Assembly (NCBI GenBank): GCA_963666365.2
Contig: CAXXNF010000002.1
Span: forward strand, 1,664,001-1,728,000
Source of the DNA: Syntrophales bacterium
GTDB lineage: Bacteria; Desulfobacterota; Syntrophia; Syntrophales; UBA2210
DNA length: 64,000 nt
Reading direction: 5' to 3'
Below the pieces are notes generated by a model, which did no database searches, was not told where the DNA came from, and saw only the letters and a list, made by a program, of their open reading frames with translations. This document shows, piece by piece, positions 9,954 to 18,284 of this stretch (the stretch's first letter is position 1; each line of letters opens with the position of its first letter). The position numbers and the translations under genes were made by a program.

Positions 9954-10310
9954 ATGAAACGTTTATATTATCTATGCCTTTCTTTACTGATACTGGCGAT
10001 GCTTGGGGGAATTTATCCGTCCTTGATGTACGCCGAGAGCTACACCTATGACAGTGCAGGCCGGTTGACAAAGGTAATCTACGATGACGGCTCGACGACA
10101 ACGTACAGTTACGATAATTCAAGTAATCTTTTGAAGCGGGCGTTGACTGTCGAGGTCTCTCTGGCAGATGTCATCGTCGCCCTCCAACTCATGGCCGCTA
10201 TCGAGCCTTCAGGGATGCTCTCGCAGGAGGCGGATGTAAATAGAGACGGCAAAGTCGGTCTGGAAGAAGCGTTGTATGTCTTGCAGAAGGTTTCCGCACT
10301 AAGAGATTAA
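9954..10310 (+). CDS. small secreted protein with one YD-repeat unit and a dockerin/EF-hand-like C-terminus
   Basis: Signal peptide; YTYDSAGRLTKVIYDDGSTTTYSYD; LADVIVALQ...ADVNRDGKVGLEEALYVLQ. Confidence 0.8.
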   Translation: MKRLYYLCLSLLILAMLGGIYPSLMYAESYTYDSAGRLTKVIYDDGSTTTYSYDNSSNLLKRALTVEVSLADVIVALQLMAAIEPSGMLSQEADVNRDGKVGLEEALYVLQKVSALRD

Positions 10311-10678
10311 AGGTCGCTCCTCGTTCCTCGCCGCTCTACTTTAAACCGCTCGTTATTTACGACATTACGATTATAGAATGACATCTACTATGTTTTCTCA
10401 ATTCTATCGTTAATTGCTTTCATGAATGAGCAGAGGGCAACCTAATCCCGGAAACAGGCCTTCACAACCTTGCGCCTTTCAACCCGTACTCAATGCCCAT
10501 GCCGGAGTTGTCGTGGTGCGACTTTGTCTTTGAAATTAAGCATGTAAAGGAAACAGCGATAATCTCTATTTCGGAAAGTTATGTGACCTGACAATAACTG
10601 TGTAGTCTAATTCAACCTTTCACAAATTAAAACGCCTTTATCCGAAGTTATAAAAGTAATGCAAAGAGAAGTATTGAA

Positions 10679-11281
10679 TTGTATGCCAGTTCCGTGTGGC
10701 GTTTACAACGCTTTTACAATAAGCCGCTAGAAGATATCACCGAAGAGGAACTGCGTCAATATTGGCTTTGTTGTCAAAGTGAATTCTGCTGGAGCGATGC
10801 ATCGTTGCGAATCAGTTACGCCGGAATCCAGCATTTTTTCACCAGGATACTTGTCAGGTCCTGGAACATTTTCAATGAAATCAAGTGGAAGCGTGACCAG
10901 AGGCTCCCCACTATCTTAAGCCTTCAGGATACGCGAGTACTATAAAAGCCATCGCAATCCAAAATGGATCTTTCCCGCACTGGGTCACAACGGAGGCAAA
11001 GATGCACAATTTGCAAAAGCACATGTCAGCGACAGCGGCGTCCAGGGGGTTCTGCAACGCACATTGAAGCGTCTGGGGTTTAAAAAACATATTCATCCCC
11101 ATGTCTTTCGCCATGCCTATGCAACTCACCTGCTGGAAGCCAATATCCCATCGGGCATGTCCAAAAAATATTGGGCCACAAAGTGTTACGAAGCACCATG
11201 GTGTATCTGCATGTGACCACTCAGGCCCAAACCGATTCTCATACAAGGGTCTACCGGGTGATGCAGGGGGTGTTGTCATGA
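10679..11281 (+). pseudogene. tyrosine recombinase pseudogene of the type paired with IS91 transposases
   Basis: N-terminal fragment ending KRDQRLPTILS, an internal deletion, then WIFP...HPHVFRHAYATHLLEA and a frameshifted QKILGH..STMVYLHV. Confidence 0.8.
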
Positions 11282-11543
11282 GCGCTATTCAAAAATCTTC
11301 CAGATATATGGGCCGCACTATCGGGCGCTGTATGGCAACCGAATGCCGCACATTCATAAAAAAGCCATGCAGGATATCACTGATTGCCGCAGTGGTTCTT
11401 TCGGAACGATTGTGTATGGCTGTCATGACTGTGGCGCCATACAGTCCATTCCCTGTTGCTGCGGGAATCGCCACTGTCCGACCTGTCAGCATGATAAAAG
11501 GGATCAATGGCTTCACACACAGATGGAACAGCTTTTGCCCTGA
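11278..11543 (+). pseudogene. IS91-family transposase, truncated Zn-binding N-terminus
   Basis: DCRSGSFG..CHDCG..CGNRHCPTCQ..W...LLP then stop; ATGA overlap with the recombinase; frameshift near the start. Confidence 0.85.
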
Positions 11544-11615
11544 ATTAAGTATACTGTCCCTGGAATTACGGCATTAGTAAGCGACTGCCTCACCGATCTT
11601 GATGGGTTAAAAAAA

Positions 11616-11659
11616 CTGCAATATTCCTGCAATATTACTACAATATTCCTGCAATATTC
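11616..11659. repeat. 4 x 11-bp tandem repeat CT(G/A)CAATATT(C/A)
   Basis: Read directly; ends 1 bp before a TTGACA box. Confidence 0.9.
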
Positions 11660-11660
11660 C

Positions 11661-11690
11661 TTGACAAAACGCCGTTAACAGAGTTACTTT
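11661..11690 (+). promoter_or_regulatory. sigma70-type promoter
   Basis: TTGACA-N18-TACTTT. Confidence 0.5.
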
Positions 11691-11771
11691 TTCCTATAGC
11701 ATGCCAATCTTGAATGCATTTGTTTACTTCTGAACAGCTGTAACCCAAGGGGGGATTATGGTCTGATTATT

Positions 11772-11816
11772 CAAAGCCCTGTTTCTCGAAGAGAGAGATG
11801 GGGCTTTGGTTTTTTT
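11772..11816 (+). terminator. intrinsic terminator in the leader of the C45 peptidase gene
   Basis: CAAAGCCCTGTTTCTC-gaaga-GAGAGATGGGGCTTTG hairpin followed by a T run. Confidence 0.7.
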
Positions 11817-11923
11817 GCAGGCAAGTGGGGGTAACATTGTAGAAAATGGCACCAAACCATCATGCATCAGATTTTCTCACAAATCAAACGCTGGAAAAAC
11901 TAAACCATACAGGAGGTGACATC

Positions 11924-13243
11924 ATGAACAAAAGGCTTATTGCAGCATGTATTATTTTCGTAATGGCCGTTTGCTTCCCAGTCAGCGTCGCGTTTTGTGG
12001 TAATGTAACGATAACCGATAAGGAACGTTACTGGGAAGTGGTGATGGACTTCGCAGGGGACACATCTTATTATGAGATGGGAACGATGTATGGGCAGGCG
12101 GTGCGAGAGAAAATGCCTGATTACCCTGCTACAACCGATGCGTACCTCGCAAACATGCTCCCGCAGTTTTATGCGGATATGTGCATCAAACGGTTTGCCA
12201 GTGTTAAAGTACCACAGGACTATCTGGACGAACTAAACGGGATTTGTGATGCGCTTGGCACTATCGAGGAGAACAAGCTTGGAGACGGCAAACTTTCTAG
12301 GGACGAATTTTTTCTCAACAATTATATTTCGGATGTGGCGTCGATGACCGAGTGTTCGGGAATCGCTGTTTGGGGAAATCGCTCACAAGACGGGACGACA
12401 ATCGTTGGAAGAAATCTCGATCTGCATACCAGCAATCGCTTAGGAACGGCAAAAAGCAATGCATTGATTATAGTAAGAAATGGTGAAAAATCCTATTGTT
12501 CAGTTGGCTATTTGGGATTCATGCCAGTGATGACTGCCTTCAAACCAAATGGTCTTTTTGTCGCTGTTTTTGACTCCGGGTTGACACGACCAAAAGCACT
12601 TCCCGATGATCCTCAAAATCCGGTTATCGTTCCGGCAAACTACAAAAAAGTCGTGCCTTCATGGCTTTACAGCGTGCGATATTCCATCGAAAATTGTTCA
12701 ACGATCGATGAGGTGGTCCGCTACATGACCTCGCACGATTATCACTGGAACCACAATATCATGGTGGCGGATACCAAACACGCCGTAGTCATCGAAAACA
12801 ACATCAGCGGTCCTGAAGGGTGGCAGGGCAAGCAACTTGTAAGGGATGAAAAGACTGAAGTTAATTACGGTGTTGAACCCTGGGAACTCAACAACTCCAT
12901 GGGTCTTGTCAACTCTTTCGTGGCAAAAGGAAATTACGATAATCATACGAATGCCCTTAGAAATGTAAGAAGGCGTCACAATCAAATGAAGCTCCTCAAG
13001 GAAAAGGGTGAGACGGTAAGTTTTGACGATATTGTGGCAATTCAGAGCTGGTATAAGGGGGACAAACCTGGCTCGATTTTTTCAGGGGATCTGTTTAATT
13101 ATGATTGGCGAATTTATACTGCCCACAGCTTGGTTTTTTGTCCGAACACACTTAAATTGAAAGTGTTTTTTGACAATGGAGTGCCAAAGGACGGTTTGCC
13201 TGTTAAACCACAGTATGAGGAGATCAAAGTAAACTTCAAATAG
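11924..13243 (+). CDS. secreted C45-family Ntn hydrolase (acyl-CoA:6-APA acyltransferase-like)
   Basis: AGGAGG ribosome-binding site; signal peptide; E-CSGIAVWGNRSQDGTTIVGRNLD autoprocessing-Cys motif. Confidence 0.85.
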   Translation: MNKRLIAACIIFVMAVCFPVSVAFCGNVTITDKERYWEVVMDFAGDTSYYEMGTMYGQAVREKMPDYPATTDAYLANMLPQFYADMCIKRFASVKVPQDYLDELNGICDALGTIEENKLGDGKLSRDEFFLNNYISDVASMTECSGIAVWGNRSQDGTTIVGRNLDLHTSNRLGTAKSNALIIVRNGEKSYCSVGYLGFMPVMTAFKPNGLFVAVFDSGLTRPKALPDDPQNPVIVPANYKKVVPSWLYSVRYSIENCSTIDEVVRYMTSHDYHWNHNIMVADTKHAVVIENNISGPEGWQGKQLVRDEKTEVNYGVEPWELNNSMGLVNSFVAKGNYDNHTNALRNVRRRHNQMKLLKEKGETVSFDDIVAIQSWYKGDKPGSIFSGDLFNYDWRIYTAHSLVFCPNTLKLKVFFDNGVPKDGLPVKPQYEEIKVNFK

Positions 13244-14239
13244 CGCGGCTCGGCATGAAGGAATTTCAGGCCTTGACTATTGACCAGGAGGCACCGGTTT
13301 TGGGGCTTTTGTGTCAACAGACAAGGCCTGGCATCATTCACTTTAGGGAAAACGAGGGACATCCATGGGGAATTAGGTACACTCCCCTATTTTTCTGCAA
13401 ATTTCTTTTTCCCCGTTTTGCTTTCTCCGTCTTTCCCCTTATAACTCGAGAAGGGGAAGGGTAGCCCTCCCCCCTACTCGAGTTTGTGATTGGACAAGGG
13501 TGACCGATCAATATAGCAGCATAAAATGAATCCGGGAAGCGTCCCTCTGTATTTACAAGCAATCATTGTATTGTCAGGTACGCAGATTTTGTGACATCCT
13601 GATTTTTAGAGGTCACAGGAGAACCAAATGAGTAACCAAGAAGAATCCGAGACCCCAGACCCTCTCAGCAGATTGAGTCACAGGCTGGTTTGGTTGCAAA
13701 TCAATATAGCACGGCAGGAAGCGCTAGAGCAGGTGCAATAACAAACAAAGAGATTTTAGAGTCGTATGTATGAATGCAAAAGGTTATCAGCTTCGTCCCA
13801 TTACCACTGGTGAGCTCGTATTTTCTGTTGTAACTCTTCCAATCGCTATTCCCTTTGCTATTATTGGGGCAGAACCTGAAGACTTCTATTGACTATTATT
13901 ACTATGATAAAATATCACACGTTCATAAATAGGAGAATGAACTTACAACAAATACAGGATTAGTCCTGAGTCGAAGAACGTGTATCGATTATCAGGTTGT
14001 GGGATACTTTAATCCACTACCATCTTTTCACCGGCATAAGGCTTGGTTATCTGATGCTGTCTCTGTGTCGCCTCGCTTCGCTTCCGGTTGGCTTGTCTGT
14101 TCCTGGATGCGCAGCTGGACGAGTTGCTGTTGGAGATAGATAAGAAAACACCCATAAATTTTCTGAGGGGAACCGTATGTCCCCCAAGCATCAACAAGCG
14201 CCTGTTGTACTGGCGAAAATTCTATTGTTTTGTATCTAA

Positions 14240-14334
14240 TTTTCAAAAGTGGCAATATAGTGGCAAATATTGACCACTCAAAGAAAAAGGGGTTAAGCTT
14301 CAATAGCCTAACCCCTCAATATTCATGGCTCCCC
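14240..14334. repeat. att-like repeat, copy 1 (tRNA-Asn 3' end, hairpin, arm-like direct repeats)
   Basis: The 61 bp at 14274-14334 match 16074-16134 with 3 mismatches and end in TGGCTCCCC, identical to 21329-21337. Confidence 0.85.
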
Positions 14335-14541
14335 AAGCGCAACTGTTGTCGTAATTGTGGGGTAGTATATTTAGCAACCGGAGAATCGTCGATCTGGCGA
14401 TCTTTGAACGAGGAGGTGTGCGGGCAGGCCTCCGAGCTCATGACACTGAGACATCAACGCATTTAACTCTGTTCGCTATCGGAAATAACGCAGGCAGTTG
14501 AAACCACCGGGTTCAGAGCGAAAAAATCTCGACTCGGACTG

Positions 14542-14811
14542 CTACTTGTAGACATTCCTTCGATGACCAACGCGCAGAACAAGAATCAGAAGAGCATCAT
14601 CTTCAATCTTGGCAATAATACGATATTCCCCCAAGCGATATCTCCAATACTCCCCAAATTTTGGTCCTTTGAGAGCATCTCCAAGGCTCCGGGGATCACT
14701 GAGTGGAGCAATCCTTTCATGCAAATACTTTACGATGCGCCCGGCTGCCGGCTGGCCAATTTTATCCAGTTCCTTTTTTACCGCTGGTGCAATATCAATC
14801 CTCCATGCCAT
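14542..14811 (-). CDS. relE: type II TA toxin, RelE/ParE family
   Basis: DPRSLGDALKG...YWRYRLGEYRIIAKIED...VLRVGHRRNVY. Confidence 0.9.
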   Translation of the reverse strand: MAWRIDIAPAVKKELDKIGQPAAGRIVKYLHERIAPLSDPRSLGDALKGPKFGEYWRYRLGEYRIIAKIEDDALLILVLRVGHRRNVYK

Positions 14812-15019
14812 AGTGTTTCATCACTTTTTCCAAAGGCATGGGTATGCTTTTCCCGGCGCGAATATCTTCATATCGTTCTTCTGCCAGATAAATGTCTTCG
14901 AGGGTATCAAGGTATTCGAGAATCGCTTCTCTAGCATAATATGTCTTGGTGCGACCGGTTTTCTCAGCCAGTGCATTCAGCCGTTCTTCAATATCCTCGG
15001 GCAACCTGATTGCTAACAT
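14795..15019 (-). CDS. type II TA antitoxin (ribbon-helix-helix, RelB-like)
   Basis: MLAIRLPEDIEERLNALAEKTGRTKTYYAREAI; overlaps the toxin start. Confidence 0.9.
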   Translation of the reverse strand: MLAIRLPEDIEERLNALAEKTGRTKTYYAREAILEYLDTLEDIYLAEERYEDIRAGKSIPMPLEKVMKHYGMED

Positions 15020-15151
15020 GTGGCCACCTCCTTTGATATACGTGTATAGCAAATCCCCTCACCTGCGTCAATAACATTGTGAGTCAGGTCTTCAGTAGAG
15101 AATTTCACATCACCTCTCCCCGTATGGGTAAGTCTTCTTCCTGACCTCGGT

Positions 15152-15277
15152 TCAGATCCTCCATATCAGCAAGTTACTGATTGGGTATTCCCGCAGAATT
15201 GAGTCGAAGAGGCGGAAGATCTGATCCTCGCTCCAGACAAAGGGCCGTTGGATGTTGGGCAACCAGAAGCCGCCGTC
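15152..15277 (-). pseudogene. DUF262 (GmrSD/SspE-like) N-terminal fragment
   Basis: GGFWLPNIQRPFVWSEDQIFRLFDSILREYPISNLLIW carries the QR-xxVW DUF262 motif; truncated at both ends. Confidence 0.8.
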
Positions 15278-15313
15278 CTCCCCAGCGCGGACTCGAACCA
15301 CGGACCCGATGGT
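15278..15313 (-). repeat. 36-bp copy of the tRNA-Asn 3' half (att remnant)
   Basis: Identical to 21332-21367. Confidence 0.95.
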
Positions 15314-15391
15314 GGTGATGCTAACCAGGACAATAAAATTGGTATAGCAGAAGCTATTTATGTACTTCAACATGAAGCGGAATTAAGGTGA
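15314..15391 (+). pseudogene. dockerin-like C-terminal gene fragment
   Basis: GDANQDNKIGIAEAIYVLQHEAELR* resembles the tail of 9954..10310. Confidence 0.7.
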
Positions 15392-15524
15392 GATAGCTAT
15401 AATTAAATCTGACAGCTACAGCATAGGCGGACATTGGCTCTTAGCAAGGGCAGCTGTCAGAGGAGATCCTAGCTAGTACGCCTTAAATCCCAATCATAAT
15501 CGCACGCTTACCCCATAAGTAACT

Positions 15525-15680
15525 TCATGCCTCTTTTTTTTCTTCGTATTTCTTCAAAAGATCCCTAATGGCTTCTTCGAGAAGGTCGTTTTGACGTTTT
15601 TCCAGTTTTGCGACAAGAATGCGAAGCTCTTTCTCCAGATCAGTACGGAGCGATGTATTATAACTCTTTCGTGTACCACC
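15525..15680 (-). pseudogene. ribbon-helix-helix DNA-binding protein, start missing
   Basis: RKSYNTSLRTDLEKELRILVAKLEKRQNDLLEEAIRDLLKKY. Confidence 0.65.
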
Positions 15681-16039
15681 GGAAACAATGGCAAGGGAGG
15701 TGGCATAAAAGAAAGCAACGTCGCAGGCTAGGCGTGCCAGCACCGAAAAAATAAGAGAATAATCAGTTTGCATGAGCGGGAGAAATTTCACTGTAGCCGA
15801 TCCCATTCTTTTCGAGGACGGCTTTGTACTCACTTGCAACTGTTTACGCCGTGTTAAGAGTTGGATTACCACCCTTACCCCGCTCCAACCTTGCACCTGC
15901 CTTGCGCTGGGTGAACCATTTAACACCGTTCTAAATGGCATTTTAGTAAGGTGGATCAGCAAGGCTTCTCTGAACAGTATTCTCGCTTACCGTACCGCCA
16001 ATTTCGGTTGACGAAAATTCCTATTTTTTTGTTTATTTT

Positions 16040-16134
16040 TTTCAAAAGTGGGGACAGAGTGGGGATAAAAACCCCACTCAAAGAAAAAGGGGTTAAGCTT
16101 CAATCGCCTAACCCCTCAATATTTCTGGCTCCCC
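16040..16134. repeat. att-like repeat, copy 2
   Basis: Homologous to 14240-14334; AGTGGGGA x2 direct repeats; ends in TGGCTCCCC. Confidence 0.85.
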
Positions 16135-16209
16135 GACCCATCCACTCAGCGAATCAAATCCGTATCAGAGATAATCCTCTGTTTTTTAAAATATAGTCAC
16201 AAAAAAAAG

Positions 16210-16590
16210 ATGTTTGTCAAGGGTAAAAAACCCGCCCAATTTGCCCCGAACAGAGCCGTTACACAGAAGGAATGGGAAAATTCCTTGCGTCTTGAAAAGG
16301 AATATTCAAACCCTATAGAAATCGGTTTTAAATTTGTTCAATACCTCAAGGATCACCCCGATTCGACATATGATGAACTTGCAGGTATGTCCGGCGTCAG
16401 CAAAGCCAGGATATGTCAGATGCTCGCCCTGCATAATAGGTTGCCCGCCCCCATAACGGATTATTTGATAAATACTGATGACCCTGAGATCCTGAAATAT
16501 TTTACCGAGAGGAGGCTAAGACCTTTAACCTTATTGGCGTCTGATGATGACAAGCTCAGGAAATTCGATGAGATGAAAGAAGCGATGTGA
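16210..16590 (+). CDS. HTH-domain ORF; frame is open upstream through the att site
   Basis: TYDELAGMSGVSKARICQMLAL (ParB/KorB-like HTH) and TERRLR. Confidence 0.6.
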   Translation: MFVKGKKPAQFAPNRAVTQKEWENSLRLEKEYSNPIEIGFKFVQYLKDHPDSTYDELAGMSGVSKARICQMLALHNRLPAPITDYLINTDDPEILKYFTERRLRPLTLLASDDDKLRKFDEMKEAM

Positions 16591-16598
16591 GTTTTTAA

Positions 16599-16626
16599 TT
16601 GACATGGACAAGGCGCATGATAGTAT
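16599..16626 (+). promoter_or_regulatory. sigma70 promoter of the abiE operon
   Basis: TTGACA-N16-TAGTAT with a TGn extension. Confidence 0.55.
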
Positions 16627-16662
16627 TATCAACAATAAGTGACATGTATAGGTATTTTTATC

Positions 16663-17289
16663 ATGAGTTCTCAAGAAACATATGCGCCTGATTCCCGATT
16701 CACCAGGGCAGCAAAAATTTTTCAAAAGCATGGCGGTATCCTCAGGACATCGCAAGCGCTTAAAGCCGGCATTCATCCGACAACGCTTTATGCCATGAGA
16801 GACTCAGGGGAAATTGAAGTGATCAGCCGAGGGGTGTTTCGTCTTTCAGATATCCAGCCACTTGGCAATCCGGATCTGGTAACCGTGGCAACCCGGGTCC
16901 CGCACGGTGTTATCTGCCTGATTTCCGCTCTATCTTTTTACGAACTGACCACCCAGATACCCCACGAAGTTCACGTAGCGCTGCAGCGAGGCGCGGAAGA
17001 ACCCCGCCTGGATTATCCGCCCATTAAGACATATCGCTTCACCGGCGAAGCCTTCACGGCAGGTGTGAATATTCATGAACTCGACGGTATTGGTGTGCGT
17101 ATTTATAGCCCGGAAAAGACCCTTGCCGACTGTTTCAAGTTTCGGAACAAGGTCGGCCTCGATACTGTAATAGAAGCGATCCGTTTTTACCGTGAAAGAA
17201 AAAAAATCAAAGTGGACGATCTTATGCGTTATGCCACTATCTGCCGTGTGAACAAAATCATGCGCCCCTACCTTGAGGCAATCCTGTAA
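16663..17289 (+). CDS. abiEi: type IV TA antitoxin / regulator, AbiEi family
   Basis: SRGVFRL, GVICLISALSFYELTTQIP, YSPEKTLADCFKFRNKVG. Confidence 0.9.
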   Translation: MSSQETYAPDSRFTRAAKIFQKHGGILRTSQALKAGIHPTTLYAMRDSGEIEVISRGVFRLSDIQPLGNPDLVTVATRVPHGVICLISALSFYELTTQIPHEVHVALQRGAEEPRLDYPPIKTYRFTGEAFTAGVNIHELDGIGVRIYSPEKTLADCFKFRNKVGLDTVIEAIRFYRERKKIKVDDLMRYATICRVNKIMRPYLEAIL

Positions 17290-18206
17290 TGGCTGGAAAA
17301 ACGAAAAATATCGCCGCTTCAGTACATCAGCGTCTTTTGAACAAAGCCAAAGAATCTTCACGCCCATTTAATGAAATTCTCCAACACTTTGCTATCGAAA
17401 GATTCCTATATCGATTTTCTAAAAGTCCACACGCAGACAGGTTTGTATTAAAAGGGGCCTTGATGTTTTCAGCATGGACCGGATCAATGTCCCGCCCCAC
17501 CATGGATATCGATCTTCTCGGCAATATCGAGAACAGCATCGATTCGGTCGTCACTGTTTTCAAAGATGCCTGTGACACGGAAGTCGAGAATGACGGCATT
17601 GTTTTCCATAAAGACACTGTCACCGCTACCAGGATTACCGAGGATGCGGATTACAAAGGTGTTCGGGTTTTGCTCCGCGGCAGTCTCAGCAGCATACGGC
17701 TCTTTCTCCAGGTAGATATCGGCTTTGGCGATGTGATCATCCCTAAACCCGGCAAAGTCAAATATCCTGTGGTCCTTGATTTTCCTAAGCCTGAACTGGA
17801 CGGATATACAATGGAGAGCACCGTGGCGGAAAAATTTCAAGCGATGGTTAAGCTCGGCTTGCTGAACAGCCGCATGAAAGATTTCTACGATATCTGGTTT
17901 TTGTGCCGCAGGTTTGACTTCAAGGGGAAAACCCTGGTTGAGGCGATTGAGAAAACGTTTGAAAAAAGGAAAACCCCGCTCATCAGCGAACCCACGATCT
18001 TTAATCCCACGTTCATGAAGGATGACACCAAGCAAGCTCAATGGCAGGGATTTATAAAGAAAACAAAGCTTACCGACACACCGGACTCCTTTGAGGATAT
18101 TGTATCATATATCAAAACTTTTTTACAACCGGCTGTAGCCTCAATAATCGATCGGAAAGCCTTCGGTTTTTTTTGGAAAGCGCCAGGAGGTCCTTGGCGC
18201 AAGTAG
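17289..18206 (+). CDS. abiEii: nucleotidyltransferase toxin, AbiEii/AbiGii family
   Basis: FVLKGALM..SRPTMDIDL, AEKFQAM, NSRMKDFYD; translationally coupled to abiEi. Confidence 0.92.
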   Translation: MAGKTKNIAASVHQRLLNKAKESSRPFNEILQHFAIERFLYRFSKSPHADRFVLKGALMFSAWTGSMSRPTMDIDLLGNIENSIDSVVTVFKDACDTEVENDGIVFHKDTVTATRITEDADYKGVRVLLRGSLSSIRLFLQVDIGFGDVIIPKPGKVKYPVVLDFPKPELDGYTMESTVAEKFQAMVKLGLLNSRMKDFYDIWFLCRRFDFKGKTLVEAIEKTFEKRKTPLISEPTIFNPTFMKDDTKQAQWQGFIKKTKLTDTPDSFEDIVSYIKTFLQPAVASIIDRKAFGFFWKAPGGPWRK

Positions 18207-18284
18207 CCAAGAGTATTCGGTGTAATTAAAAATTGAAGAGAAATGAAAATATAATGCGAGGCAGCATTAAGGTGTAAATATTTC

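Noticed and set aside
10679..11281. Candidate integron integrase for the attC array
   Set aside because: It is 7.7 kb away, shows no IntI-specific insertion, is coupled to an IS91 transposase, and is broken.
15278..15313. Second functional tRNA-Asn
   Set aside because: It lacks the 5' half, the anticodon and the CCA end.
15152..15373. 73-aa ORF as a real gene
   Set aside because: It is a chimera of an antisense dockerin fragment, tRNA sequence and a DUF262 fragment.
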